DNA of 64,000 bases. Origin: Ramazzottius varieornatus (lineage: Eukaryota; Animalia; Tardigrada). The DNA lies in assembly GCA_001949185.1 (NCBI GenBank), contig BDGG01000002.1:7244448-7308447 (forward strand), read 5' to 3'. Below are positions 1 to 11,515 of the stretch, piece by piece (position 1 is the stretch's first letter; every line of letters starts with the position of its first letter). The notes under the pieces are model-generated. The model made no database searches. It was not told the origin of the DNA and was given only the letters and a program-made list of their open reading frames with translations. Made by a program: the position numbers and the translations under genes.

Positions 1-298
1 TCATCCTTCAAGAGGGAAATCCACTCTGAAACGATAGTGTGAAATCAGGGCTAAGAAGGAAATCCAGAAGATTGCGCGGACGGATTTCGGACAGCAGGAC
101 AGAAATCGGAAAGATCTCCGGGCAATGGCGCTCTAACGAAGCGTGATTGAAGGTCTCATAAAACTTGATCCCACGGGGAAATGGAAGTCACAGTAGAAAG
201 CTGATGACGGGATTGTACGGGAAACCTCGCAAAGCTCTTGAAGAAATTTAATCTTAGGTGCGGTAATACTTGTCACGGGTTTCGTTCTCGTTGTGGCG

Positions 299-2983
299 CT
301 ATAGTTTCGGGAATACGCCCTCCCAGTTGCGATCGGTTAAGGGCTGGGACTTGAGCTGTTCAGCTTGGGCCAGCGCTTCCGCGTGACTGAGTGATCTCAC
401 TTGTCCACCATGCTTGCCGTCCGGACGCATCATGGCCCCCGTGAAGGCTAAGCAACTCACTTCCCACTCGCCGATATCCTTATTGTACGTGCACTTACTT
501 TCAATCAGCTCCTGCATCTTTTTGGGCAGGAGCTGATCGATCACCTTCTCATACAGGCGAATATTCTTCTCCACTTCCGCCTTACTCTGCTGTGCTGCCT
601 CTAGCCTTTCCTGGTTTTCCTATATCACCAAAATCATAAATGTAATTGAAAACCCACTTCAGGCAATCACTCACACGCTCGTCTCACCTGTCTCAAGTCT
701 TTCAAGTCTGCCCTCAAAGTCACGATTTCCTCTTCCAGTCTGGTAACCTCGAACTTCTTTGAGGTAGCGATTTCCTGCAGCGTCTGGTGTTTCTGCTCCA
801 TCTTGGACCGTTCAATTTTCTTACTTAGTAGAGTTTTCCGTAAATCTTCTTCTCGCTTCCGGCGAAGCTCGAGTTCCCTGAAAGCAAGCGATGCGATTCG
901 GCGAGACAAAGGACGAGATTAGGCGGGTGATGTAAGATGAGAGTACCGTACTTTGCGCTGGCTTCCAGCAGACGCTCTTGTTCTTCAGCCTTATCCAACA
1001 GGTTCTCTCCGCCGACAATGATAGTCTTCTCTAACAGAGACAGCTTTTCCGTCAATGCATTTCGTTCAGCGTCCGCCGCCGTCAGCTGTTCCTCTTTTGC
1101 GGCAATATCTTCTTGCAGCTTCTGGCGTTCCTTTTCACCAAGAAAGCGATTCCTTTCCAGCTCTTCGCGTTCTTCAGCGAGCTCATCCTGCAAACAAATT
1201 TAAAGTGCACTAAACCTTTGGATATTCCCTCAAATTATCCAAAAGAAAAACGGACCCGCATTTTCTTTAGCTTAGCTTTTTCTTCTTCTCGTTGCCGCTT
1301 TCTTAACATCATCTCTTCGGACATTCTTTTGCTGCCCGGTCCGTCATTCTCGCCGCCACCAGGGTCTTCGTTCAGCTGTCTTCGGAGTTCCTGTATCTCG
1401 TCTTCGAGCTTCCTCAAAAGGGCGTCTTTCGGGTCCTCGTTGATCTTGGCTGCATTCTTGATGGACTTGGCCCGGGTAGCATACCGAAGTGTGTTGACGG
1501 TTTCATCATAGTTGTAGCCGGCTGGTCCCACGTTGGCACACATCACCGTCTTCGAGTTACCCCCTAGCGAGTCTTGCAGGATCCGGGTCAGCTTTGAGTT
1601 GCGGTAAGGTACATGAGTGCTTTTGCCATCGGTCAGAGCGGCAATGACGTTACCCAGGTTGCTCAAACCGTGGTTGATTTTTGCGGCTTCCTTCAGTCGG
1701 TCGTCAGTCGCTTCCGTCTTCCTGTAAACCCCAACGCGACATTTTACAGAAATACTTTGGTAGAAGACCGAAAGACAGGCTTACGTTTGACGTTCGGAAC
1801 CCGCGAGGTCGACAAGGTTCAGCTTGCCTACGCAAAGGTGGACTGATCCATCAGAGCGCCGCTCGCTCTTTTCGACTATAACGGTGAAGATGGCGTGAGA
1901 TCGCGAACTGTGGAGATTCATCTTAGTAGCGGCGGTCACACGGTTCTTCTTGCCGACCGCCATGATGCGATCTAGGTCGTCTGCGGAATAAACCACTTGC
2001 TCACTAAGGTCCTTCACGTACACACCTACAAAAGTACATTTTTGTGAAAAGGATTTCTTAAGATTATGGAAATAAAGTAGGACGGAATGCTACCTTTGAG
2101 CTTGTCCTCCTTGATCTCCAAGATGTTAGCGTTCCCTGCACGGTCGCGGTCTCCTTTCTTCGCCAGCAAATCGCGGATCTGTTCTTTGTAGATTTCGAAG
2201 TAAGAAACGCGAACCAGGAACCTCTTGTTATCTTCCGCTTTTGAGATGTGTCCGAAGATATGGACGAATGAGTTCGGGATTATTCCTCGTAATTCCGGCT
2301 TGTCGCTCACTCCTTCCATCGTAAACGTTTTACCTAAAAAGAAACATCGTGGTAAATTGCTCTGGTATTACCGGTGTAGCCGCAGTGTGACAAAATTTAA
2401 TACCACAGTACTACGACCACAAGACTGCGCGTGCGAACTGCACGAACGCTTTTCTTTTGTCAGTATCGAATTCAAATTCTGTATTCTGCAAGTTTCTTCG
2501 CTACTTTGTGATCCTTCAAGTGTCACACAAATGGAACATCGGCAGATGAATTGGATATGATCGTCAGCCCAAGTGGCGCACGGTTCCATTGTTAATGGCT
2601 GAAGCTGTACGCCACATCCGAGAACAGTCGTGCTCGAGTCATTTGCCGACGTTTCAAATATCCTTACCGCTGCCAGTCTGGCCGTAGGCAAAGATGGTGC
2701 CGTTGTATCCTTCCAGGACATTGTCGATGATGGGACGCGCCACTTGGTTGAATATGTCGGGCTGGGTGGAGTCCGCGCCGAAAGCATGATCGAAGGTGTA
2801 CACTTTGCTGGCGTCCGTAGAGGGATCTTTGACGGTGATAGTCCGATGGACGCTATTGACGGCCACGACGATGGGATATCCAGCCTTGACTTCTTCGGAT
2901 GACGGCGGACGGCAGCGCACTACCACCTTGATGTTGTCCCCTCGGTTGTCAGCTGATCCGGGTGCTCTGTTCTCCCCGTCCAT
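299..2983 (-). CDS. KIF3A: Kinesin-2 motor subunit, KIF3A/Klp64D-like (multi-exon)
   Basis: Motor motifs [25 protein letters not shown]|[30 protein letters not shown] and [23 protein letters not shown] (RNSK is typical of KIF3A). Coiled-coil stalk [28 protein letters not shown]. Tail [17 protein letters not shown]. The exact 3' end is less certain. Confidence 0.93.
2529..2660. repeat. Palindromic family A element in a kinesin intron
   Basis: Outer arms ATGGAACATCGGCAGATGA / TCATTTGCCGACGTTTCAAAT and inner CAAGTGGCGCAC..GTACGCCAC. Confidence 0.72.
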
Positions 2984-5440
2984 CCTTGGCCTGGATCAGC
3001 TGCGGGATGAGGTTCGATCTGGAATTCGGCCGAAACTGGGTATTCGATGCTTCGCTTTGCGCAAGACTGGCGCAGGTGAAGTAGGGGAGCACCAACGTAA
3101 ACTTCGACAACACAAATCTGTGTGATCGATACCATGTTTGCAGATGGATTCGACGCAGTCGCCGCGGAGGGTTGTCAGAATAGGATCACCTGATCGCTAA
3201 GGATATCGATCAAGCTGCCTCTGAGATATGGATTTTAGGATTTGTACCGTCGTACCGAGCTATGAGTGGCGGAACAGCTGATGAGAAGCACGACGAGGAT
3301 GTTTTCGTTTTAGGCTCGTAGAAACTGGCGGGATGTTACTGCAGTATCAACCAATCAACTGAATCGCCCAAAGCTATGTCAGAAGGAAGAACAGACACAC
3401 AAAGGACGGATTCCGACCCGCAGGTAATTTTTGCATAGTAATTGTAAGACAAAACTAGAATCTATTATCTATCTCCGACATAGCAGTATGTTTCGTGCTT
3501 TTATTCTTCAACACAATTTTGCTAATCCTGTTCGTCCCCGGAAATGGCACGGAGACCCAAAACCTGTTGGTTCGCCAGACAATGCAATGCAATTCCTCCC
3601 TAAGGCACACTTGACCTACTCGGTCTGCTCTTACTGTAGACGTCTGACCTTGGGAAAGTGATGCGCCGATACTGTGATTAATAACCGTACCTACTTGTCA
3701 AATGTTCATTCTAGGGAGTCTTCCCATCTGTTTGTAAGCACAGGGTGTCTTCCTTATGGCTTTGTTTCCCACCACCGTTCTCGGCTTGTTTCTCAAAAGA
3801 TGTTAAAGTGTGGATGTCCCCGGAAGCTCCTTATCGGTCTATTCCTGCTGACACTACGAGGTGAATTATGGTGTTATTTTTTCGATATACAGTATAAAGT
3901 GACAAAATATTCATATGCGGTGTATGGGTCGTGATACGATTGTTGAATGTTACCGTTGTACAATAATAATTATGTCAATTTGGTTTGTTTATTTTAGCCG
4001 CGAACATTGGTGAAGCACGAATGAAGGAGGGCCGGGGTCGGTCTGTGTTCCGAAAAAGTGCAGAGAAACCTTATAAAAGCTCATTTCCGGAGATGGAACA
4101 TCGAAAGGCAGTCATCCACACAGTCCGTCCTCAAGATACCATTTCAAAAGAGCACAGGCTTTCTCGAAAGGAGGCCATTTCGCGAGCACAACCGTCAGAC
4201 ATTGTTCGCTGGGCATTCCATCCCCTACGGCATGGGAGAAGCGAGAATGGGACACAGCCTCGCTCACGTGCTAAAACTGGACGTATTCGCGGCCTGGACG
4301 ACCTGGCTCTTCGTTTTCGTGAGTGGGACAACGATGCGCGATACCTGCATGAACCGCGTGCCGCCGTCCTCGTTCCAAAGAGGTCCCGCATTCTAGGCGG
4401 CAATAAACCAAGCGTAGGGAGCACCAGTGAAAGACCAGATAGAACCGATGACCGAAGACCCACAAGAGTTTCTACAGCCGTTGATGATAAGAGCAGTGTA
4501 CAGTATGCGATGCTGCTGGCAGGGGAACAGTATGCCAGAGATCAAAGTCAGCGGACCACCACTATTGGACCAAACACTACTACGTCTTCCCCCTCTGAAA
4601 CCGATCAATCCTGGGCCATTTAATACCTGGTTACTATAAGAGTCTTCTTAATAATGATCTCTGCTGAAGCTTTCGGGTGGTTCTTCTCCTTGGGAATTCC
4701 CCATATCCAGAAAAGGTTCTCAGTGATAAGTAGCACAGAAACGTACATCTTTTTATCCTTGATTCTTGATGAATGTAAACACGTTGTTTGTCGTATTGGA
4801 ATGTGACTTTCTGGCAATGATAAACTGCAGGACTCTCGGGTGTATTTTTCGATGTGCTCAGGCTTCAGTGGGAAGATGGATGTGCTGGCTCGGTCGAGCA
4901 AGACATTGTAATGGCTCATTTGGCCTTTGCGGTATGGAATGACATCAGTATGGCCGATCGATCTCGTGAGAGAATCCACGGGAAGCTTGTTGCACTAGAA
5001 TGGACAGCTGACCATTCCGTCAAGGCCATCTGCACTAACTCTTTCTCTTGTTATGAACAGATCGTAAATGAGCCGTAATTATGTATGGAAATGAGAGGCT
5101 GACCGCTCCCTTATGCAATTTTCTTCGAATGGACACGGCCGGCTATTCAGCCCATTCAGCCTCGCCTATCCCTTATTCCAGCAAGACCGCCTTGAGATAA
5201 TCGTCAGAAAAAGAAATGAGCAGCCTCGAATAATGACAGGCTTATCTTCGTTTCTCTTTCGTGGCACTCGGGTCGTCGCTGATTACCCTTTGCTCGGAGC
5301 TGTGGCCATCAACCGATTTCCATAGAATGTCCATTTTGTGACAAAGTTTGCTTCGGGTTTCTTCGGCTGTTGGTTGCGCTTGGAAGTTGGGTCTCAAAAT
5401 AGGCGAATACTTCCTTGTTCGAGTACGATTTCGCTGCGCC

Positions 5441-8400
5441 ATGGAATTCCGTCTGTGGATAGGAGCAACTGTTTTCTGCCTGGTATATGCACGTTTCGAC
5501 TTTACACGAATGACTGTTTTGTCCCCAGTTAATCTAAATTGAAAGCGGTATGAATTGTCAATGTGCTACTTTAGGCGTTTGCGGGAATATTTTGTGACAA
5601 CTCCACAACTGTAGAAGTCTTCACTAACAACAGCATCACATTCCTGCAGAACACCGCCGATGTTGACCTTGCCCCAGCCATTTCGGAAAATACAAGTGAG
5701 TTTTGGGCGTCGCTTCACGAGTTTCGAGTCCTCATGAGCTACTTGTCTTTGTAGCCTTTGGAAGAGACTGCAATACCACCTTAGATTGCAATAGCGCCAT
5801 GTCGTGCCACAATGGCCTGTGCGTTTGTCCAGCAAAATCCCTAAAAGTCAGCGGTACATGCGTCGGTAAGTCTGACAATGTTTTCCTGATTCTGCGCTTT
5901 GATCAACCCGTTTGAAGGTAGAAATACCAAAAATACCATTGTGTTATTTAGGAATTTTGGGGCTCGATTGCTCCGCTCTGGGACAATGCGAGCAACATGT
6001 GGCGAACTCCATCTGTGACTTCTCAACCGCCAGTGCGGGTATCTGCGTGTGTAAACCTGGGTATGCCGCATGGAATCTCCAGCTTACTCTGCCTACCGAG
6101 TCGAACACCAGTTCCCGTCACCTTTACGTCATAGCAAATAACACTTGTACCGGTAAATACTCTCCGAATCTCCCAAAATGAGCCCATCGAATTCAACTGC
6201 TTTGCTTTCAACTTAGCTGTCTTGAACGCCGAGTGTGAGGGAAACGAGGGGCTCTGCTCGAATGTCGATAACGCAAAGTGCGCAGTCTTCGGCACCTCTA
6301 CCAAGAAGAGGTGCGTCTGTGCCGATGGGTTACGACCAAAGGGGGCAACGCAAAGAACAGCGATAGCCGATAGCTTCCACAGTCCTGGTTCGTCAGAGGA
6401 ACCGTCAACATCATGCGAAGGTATCTGTCGATGTACTGACTTGCGTACTGTATTACGGAAGGTTGTTTTGCCGATGCAGCAGGGCATATTTGTTTTTGTT
6501 GTATTGATAGATGTTATTGGAAACCACTGCAGCGCTTCCGGGACTGACTATCCTGATTGTAGTCTGTTCGTCAAGAATACCTACTGCGATAATGAGACTG
6601 AGCGATGCACGTGCAAAGAAGGTTTCACTGTGAATAATTTGACCAAGTTATGCGAAAGTAAGGTTTTTTCCTATTTTGATCTGTTTCAATTTTCGTATCA
6701 TAAACATGAATTATTGTCTCATTGTCACTTTTGTGTTTTTTTGCAGATGACACCATCAGGAGTCAAAATAATGCGACAGCTGGAAACATGTCCCGTATGT
6801 AATCTCGCTCTTTTTTAGTTTACCATTTCGAGAATCAGTACTCGAATATTGGTTAGTTTTCTGTAGGTGTCGCTGTTTCGCCTTTCACCGATGAATATCA
6901 GCTGTTCTTGACGAGCCGATGTTTCATGCTAAATTACCCGTGCGCCGTCGAGAACTCCATCTGCATGCACAGTCCCTTTTCGCTCTACGAAGGCGTATGC
7001 CATTGTGAGCCTGGTTACGTTCAAACAAGCTACACCACGTGCGAGTCCGTTGACGGTCCTGCTGATGAAAAACCCGGAGTGGACACTGACGACATCCGCA
7101 CCACCACGGAGAACCCTGTGACGACGACCAAAGCTACCAAACCATCAAAAACAACCAAAGCTACCACCACCGCTAAGACAGCAAAGCCTGTCAAGACCAC
7201 TACAGCTACCGCCACTGCGACCACTGATGGCGCCACCATCGATACAACCGATGGACCCAGTACCGAGGCTGAAACTACGGAAACCTCGACCGACAGTGGC
7301 GCCACTGAAAAACCGCCGGTGACTGCTACCACTGCTCCGGCGATGACGAATCCTCGCAACTGCGGAGTGCCGAAGTCCGCAAAGTCGAGGAAGTCCGGAA
7401 TTAGTAGGCAGTTTGGCGTGAGGTATCCCAGCCATGATTCGGAGGATATGAAAAAAATTGTGGGAGGCCAAGCTGCCCAGGAGAACGAAATTTGCTGGCA
7501 GGTCAGAATGATCCAGATACTGCGGACAAAACCTCGACCCTTGTTGGTACCGTATGCATTGGTCTAATGTATCCTGGGTTATCTCTGTTACAGGCGGGAG
7601 TAATCTCTTTCATGCCCAACCTCCAAAACTACGAATATTGCGGCGGAAGCATTCTTAACGAGGTGAGAAGGTCTTTCGTTTCTGTCGTGCCTCGTACTAA
7701 ACAAGCGCCACATTGGCACTAATGGTATTAAATATTTCTTTGCAGAATTTTGTATTGACCGCCATGCACTGCGTTGTTCAGTAAGATATTCATTTTTGCT
7801 ACTTGGAATTGGTCGGGGGTATTTTGTCACCCAGTTAAAGAGCTGGATGCGTGTTTGATGAGGACTGTTTGTAGGAATAGCGACGTGAACCACCCAACAC
7901 AGTTGGATCATATCTTTGTCTCGGTCGGTGCATCCAGCTTTCCTAAGCCCAGCTCAGCGAACACCGGTTGCGGAAGCTTCAGGAAGGTCTCGCGAGTGAT
8001 AATAAACCCTGATGCTGCCTTCATCACGAAGGGCGACTCGCCAGAATTCCTGGGTATCGCCAACGATCTGGCCTTGATCGAGCTGGAAGAACCGCTGGAC
8101 CTCGACATGGGCTGTATCTGCGCCATCTGCCTTCTCGATGAGCGTCCGGCCGCTGGAGAAGAATGTATCATTTCTGGATACGGATGCCAAGATGCTGAGT
8201 GCCAGTCACCTCCTCCACACAGCTTGTCCTGGATGAAAGTACGGGCATTTCAACTCTTTTAAAGTATGGGACGTTCGACGCTGATGAACCAGGTTTATTC
8301 TCAAGTGGCGCACTGTGTCGTTGGTGTTGAAGGTTGGGGTGCGCAACATGGGGAAATGATCTGGATTACCGCCTTCTCATTGCCTACTTCTCATATATGT

Positions 8401-8784
8401 ATTGTTCGGTAGCACATTACAAGTCTCCCTTCAGGTTCCCATCGTGGCTAAGAATGACGATCGCTGCCAACATGGCTCTACCCAGCTGAGCACTGACTCG
8501 CTCGTCTGCATCGAAAGCACCACGGACCAAGATGCTTGTCAAGGCGACAGCGGCGGTAAAATTACCCTTTAAGATTATAACTGATAGAATTTACACTATT
8601 GGTTTTTGAAGGACCGCTGTCGTGCTACGAAAAGTCGACGGAGAAATTTTACTTGGCGGGAGCCACAAGTTACGGCTTCGGCGGGAATGGTCGAAGCTGC
8701 GCCGCTGGACAACTAGCTCGCTACACCGATGTCATCTACTTCCTGGACTGGATTCGGTCCGTCATCGGCAACGACCAGAACTAA
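5441..8784 (+). CDS. Secreted trypsin-like (S1) serine protease with N-terminal Cys-rich EB/EGF-like repeats and a Thr-rich stalk
   Basis: Spliced signal peptide MEFRLWIGATVFCL|AFAG. About 5 Cys-rich modules at 5755-7045 and a T/K/A-rich stalk at 7090-7345. Activation site KK-IVGG. Triad motifs LTAMHC, NDLALIEL and QDACQGDSGG|PL. Ends YTDVIYFLDWIRSVIGNDQN*. Confidence 0.9.
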
Positions 8785-9495
8785 ATTGGCTAGGTTGCTC
8801 ATCATCTGTTCAGTTGCTCTTATACTGTGTGTTTTACGTAACCGTTCTCAAGCTTGATATGTGTATGAATGATGAGTCTCGATCGTGCTTTTTAACGTCC
8901 GGCAGCTGTCGAGCACTCGAACAAGTTTCCGCACCGATTGATCAAACTGTCCGTTAATTATTTCACTGTGTTTTTTCTCATTGTTTCTCCGAGCATGAAT
9001 AAATGATCACCTGTTTGCACATGGGCTCTGTTGACGCGGACTAGCTGAACAATGCGATGGTTTATTGACTTGTTGGCGTTTTTTACCGGGCTGTCCCTAT
9101 ACCGTTGGTTGGGCCCAAGGTCAGGCCCGCGCTTGCGTAATTTTTGATCCTGATTTGTAAACGTGTAAGCAGATATACCTGGTAAAAAAACGAATCAAGT
9201 TCGTCCTTGTGTCAATACCAGCAAAGCTCCTTAGCAGCTTCGGTCCATCCGATCGCACACCGGGCCGTCATTTGATGCGCAGACTAGGCATGGAGTGTTA
9301 TTACGTGATGAGTTTGCGGTCAGTTGAAACTGTACGGTAGTCCTCGTCGCATAACGAGCTCTTCAGCGCACCAAGCATTTCTCGGTCGCTTAAATCATTC
9401 TCTGTCCTTCCGTATTTACCGACAACGACAGAAGATAGATCTCGTCTCATTCTGTTTGTTCTTTCCCAAACGTTATCAATCTTTCTGCTTACACA

Positions 9496-10008
9496 ATGGA
9501 GAGTACCGAGGCGCCACCAGATGCGGGGTTGAGTATCAACACCAACGGTCCTCCGCCCGAAACCACCGTCTACATTTTCTACGCTCCCTTCCTTGAGTTT
9601 GGCTTTACCCCCACGGTGGTTCTTCAGCAGTTTACGATACATACCATGGCGCAGTTCTACGGAGCTTTGGGTGCGGTGGCCGGAACAGCGTTCCTGTATC
9701 AGCTCCTCGCGGCTTTCAAGGAGCGCTTGTACAACCGCTACCTTCGGGTGCAAAGACTGCGGATATCCAATGACATCGACACTGGCGAGGATGAAGAAAG
9801 CTGCGACGGATGTTCCTGCATGTTATTTATGTTCCTCACAGGTCTCCATATTGTCCAAATATTTTGCGGCTTTATAATATTGCTGGTAGCTGCTTCTTTC
9901 AATGGCTGGCTCATTGGGTCCATGATAGCCGGAAGTGCTTTGGGATATCTTATGGGGATGTGGCGGTGTTGTTGCGATCATGTGCATACCGAATTCAAAA
10001 TACCCTGA
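9496..10008 (+). CDS. Ctr/SLC31 copper-transporter family homologue (atypical, intronless ORF)
   Basis: Three hydrophobic segments. LHIVQIFCGFIILLVAASFNGWLIGSMIAGSALGY aligns with the Ctr TM2-TM3 pattern (LHIIQ..YFLMLIFMTYNGYL..GAGTGY). Cys/His-rich C-terminal tail CCCDHVH. Confidence 0.82.
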   Translation: MESTEAPPDAGLSINTNGPPPETTVYIFYAPFLEFGFTPTVVLQQFTIHTMAQFYGALGAVAGTAFLYQLLAAFKERLYNRYLRVQRLRISNDIDTGEDEESCDGCSCMLFMFLTGLHIVQIFCGFIILLVAASFNGWLIGSMIAGSALGYLMGMWRCCCDHVHTEFKIP

Positions 10009-10175
10009 CTGAAAACGTAACTTCCTGCTCGACATCTTTATTAATTTTTTTTCAGTTTGTGCATAAGAATATTTCGCCACTACCGAACGGTTGCTGATCT
10101 CAAACGCATGGTAAAACTAGGGACCGAAGATCCGAACAGTAATTGGATTAGATTAGGGTAAGGTATCGGATGACG

Positions 10176-11515
10176 TTAGGCTCGAAGTGCGAGAGAAAAA
10201 AGGACCACGCCGAAGACAGATGATAGCACACTGAAAAAGGATGTAGCTTTTGTCGCGATGCCAGAATTCGTAAAGTGTCTCGAATATTCGCTGTGAGAGT
10301 TGCACAGGGTTCCCTCACAGTTGCAGCTGGTGCCCATGAACTTGATGGCTTGGTTGGATCTTTTTGCGTCGCCTTGATCGTCGTGTTCATAATTGAATGG
10401 TGTACATTTGATCTCCTGGCCGTTGAAGGTCGAATGTATCGGCGTCTCGATTTCCGGTAGGGTCACAGGCGGTGCTGATCCGCATCCGGCAATGACGACA
10501 TTCCTTTCTGCGAATATTCTTTCTCATATACAAAAATTGCCATATTCCATACGGTGGGAAATATCTGCAGATCGTTGGTGACAACTTGGGGAGCTCGGAA
10601 AAATGTTTGTCTCAAGTGGCGCACGTTTGTCTTTCTGGCCAATGACGGAGGAAACCTGCGTCACTTGAGATGACGTTCATCCCGAGATTGTTCACCGATC
10701 CCCAAACCGAATGGCGCAATAATAAAGTCAGACTAAAACCTTTCCGGTCCACTTACCGACTTTCTTGTTATTGGTATGGGTCCCCACAATATGGTGACAT
10801 ATTCGCCGACCACTGTTATTGCCTGGACAGACAACCTTCTGAACTTGGTCAGGCTTCTTGCACTTGTGGGTGGTGTCCTGAAAAGAGTTGCACGTGTAGC
10901 ATGAGTGGGGATCGTCCCTTACGACCGAGGGAGGAGCTCTGGCTCGTGCGGATTCGGGAGCCACCGGAAGTGCCAAATTGGGCTGTTGTGCCATGGAAGA
11001 AGGAGGTCCGGCCATCCTTGTATTCTCGGCCATCCAGGAACTGTTATGTGGTGCTTCTGGTGCGGAAGGATCAGACGCCGGTGAACCTGAAGCGGGCTTT
11101 GGGGCGTCGGCAGAGGCGACACCGGATTGATTTATCGGCGTGGAAACGTTGACGACGGCGACGGGTATTGCCGCTACTGCCGGTGCCACATCTGTGTGCA
11201 ATAGATATTTTTGGCTCAGAAAACAGCCGCTGTCCATGTTTTACAATATTTCGGAGGTCGACAGACGACCCGACGAGGACTATTTTCCAAGTGGCGCACG
11301 GTTTCGATCTTTTTGACTGGTAGGTTGCACCACTTGAAATACCGATCTTGTACGATTGGTGTGCCGGCATCCCATGATCATTTTTGTAACAGGGGATCTC
11401 GAGGATCGATATTTTAATTTGCGGCCAGAGACATACCTGTTAAATTTTCGGCAGCCAACGAAAATGCAACCAGGAGAAGTACGGAGCAGGATAACAATAT
11501 TCCGTGGCGGTACAT
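10176..11515 (-). CDS. Ly6/uPAR three-finger (quiver/sleepless-like) protein with a Pro/Ala/Ser-rich N-terminal extension and probable GPI anchor
   Basis: Three exons with compatible phases: signal MYRHGILLSCSVLLLVAFSLA, then a P/A/S-rich region, then a 10-Cys domain SCYTCNS...CNCEGTLCN, then a hydrophobic C-terminus FFSVLSSVFGVVLFSLALRA*. Confidence 0.82.

Noticed and set aside
7030-7471. Antisense ORFs over the Thr-rich stalk, and similar ones over kinesin, PDCL and THOC3
   Set aside because: They are shadow ORFs of real low-complexity exons on the opposite strand.
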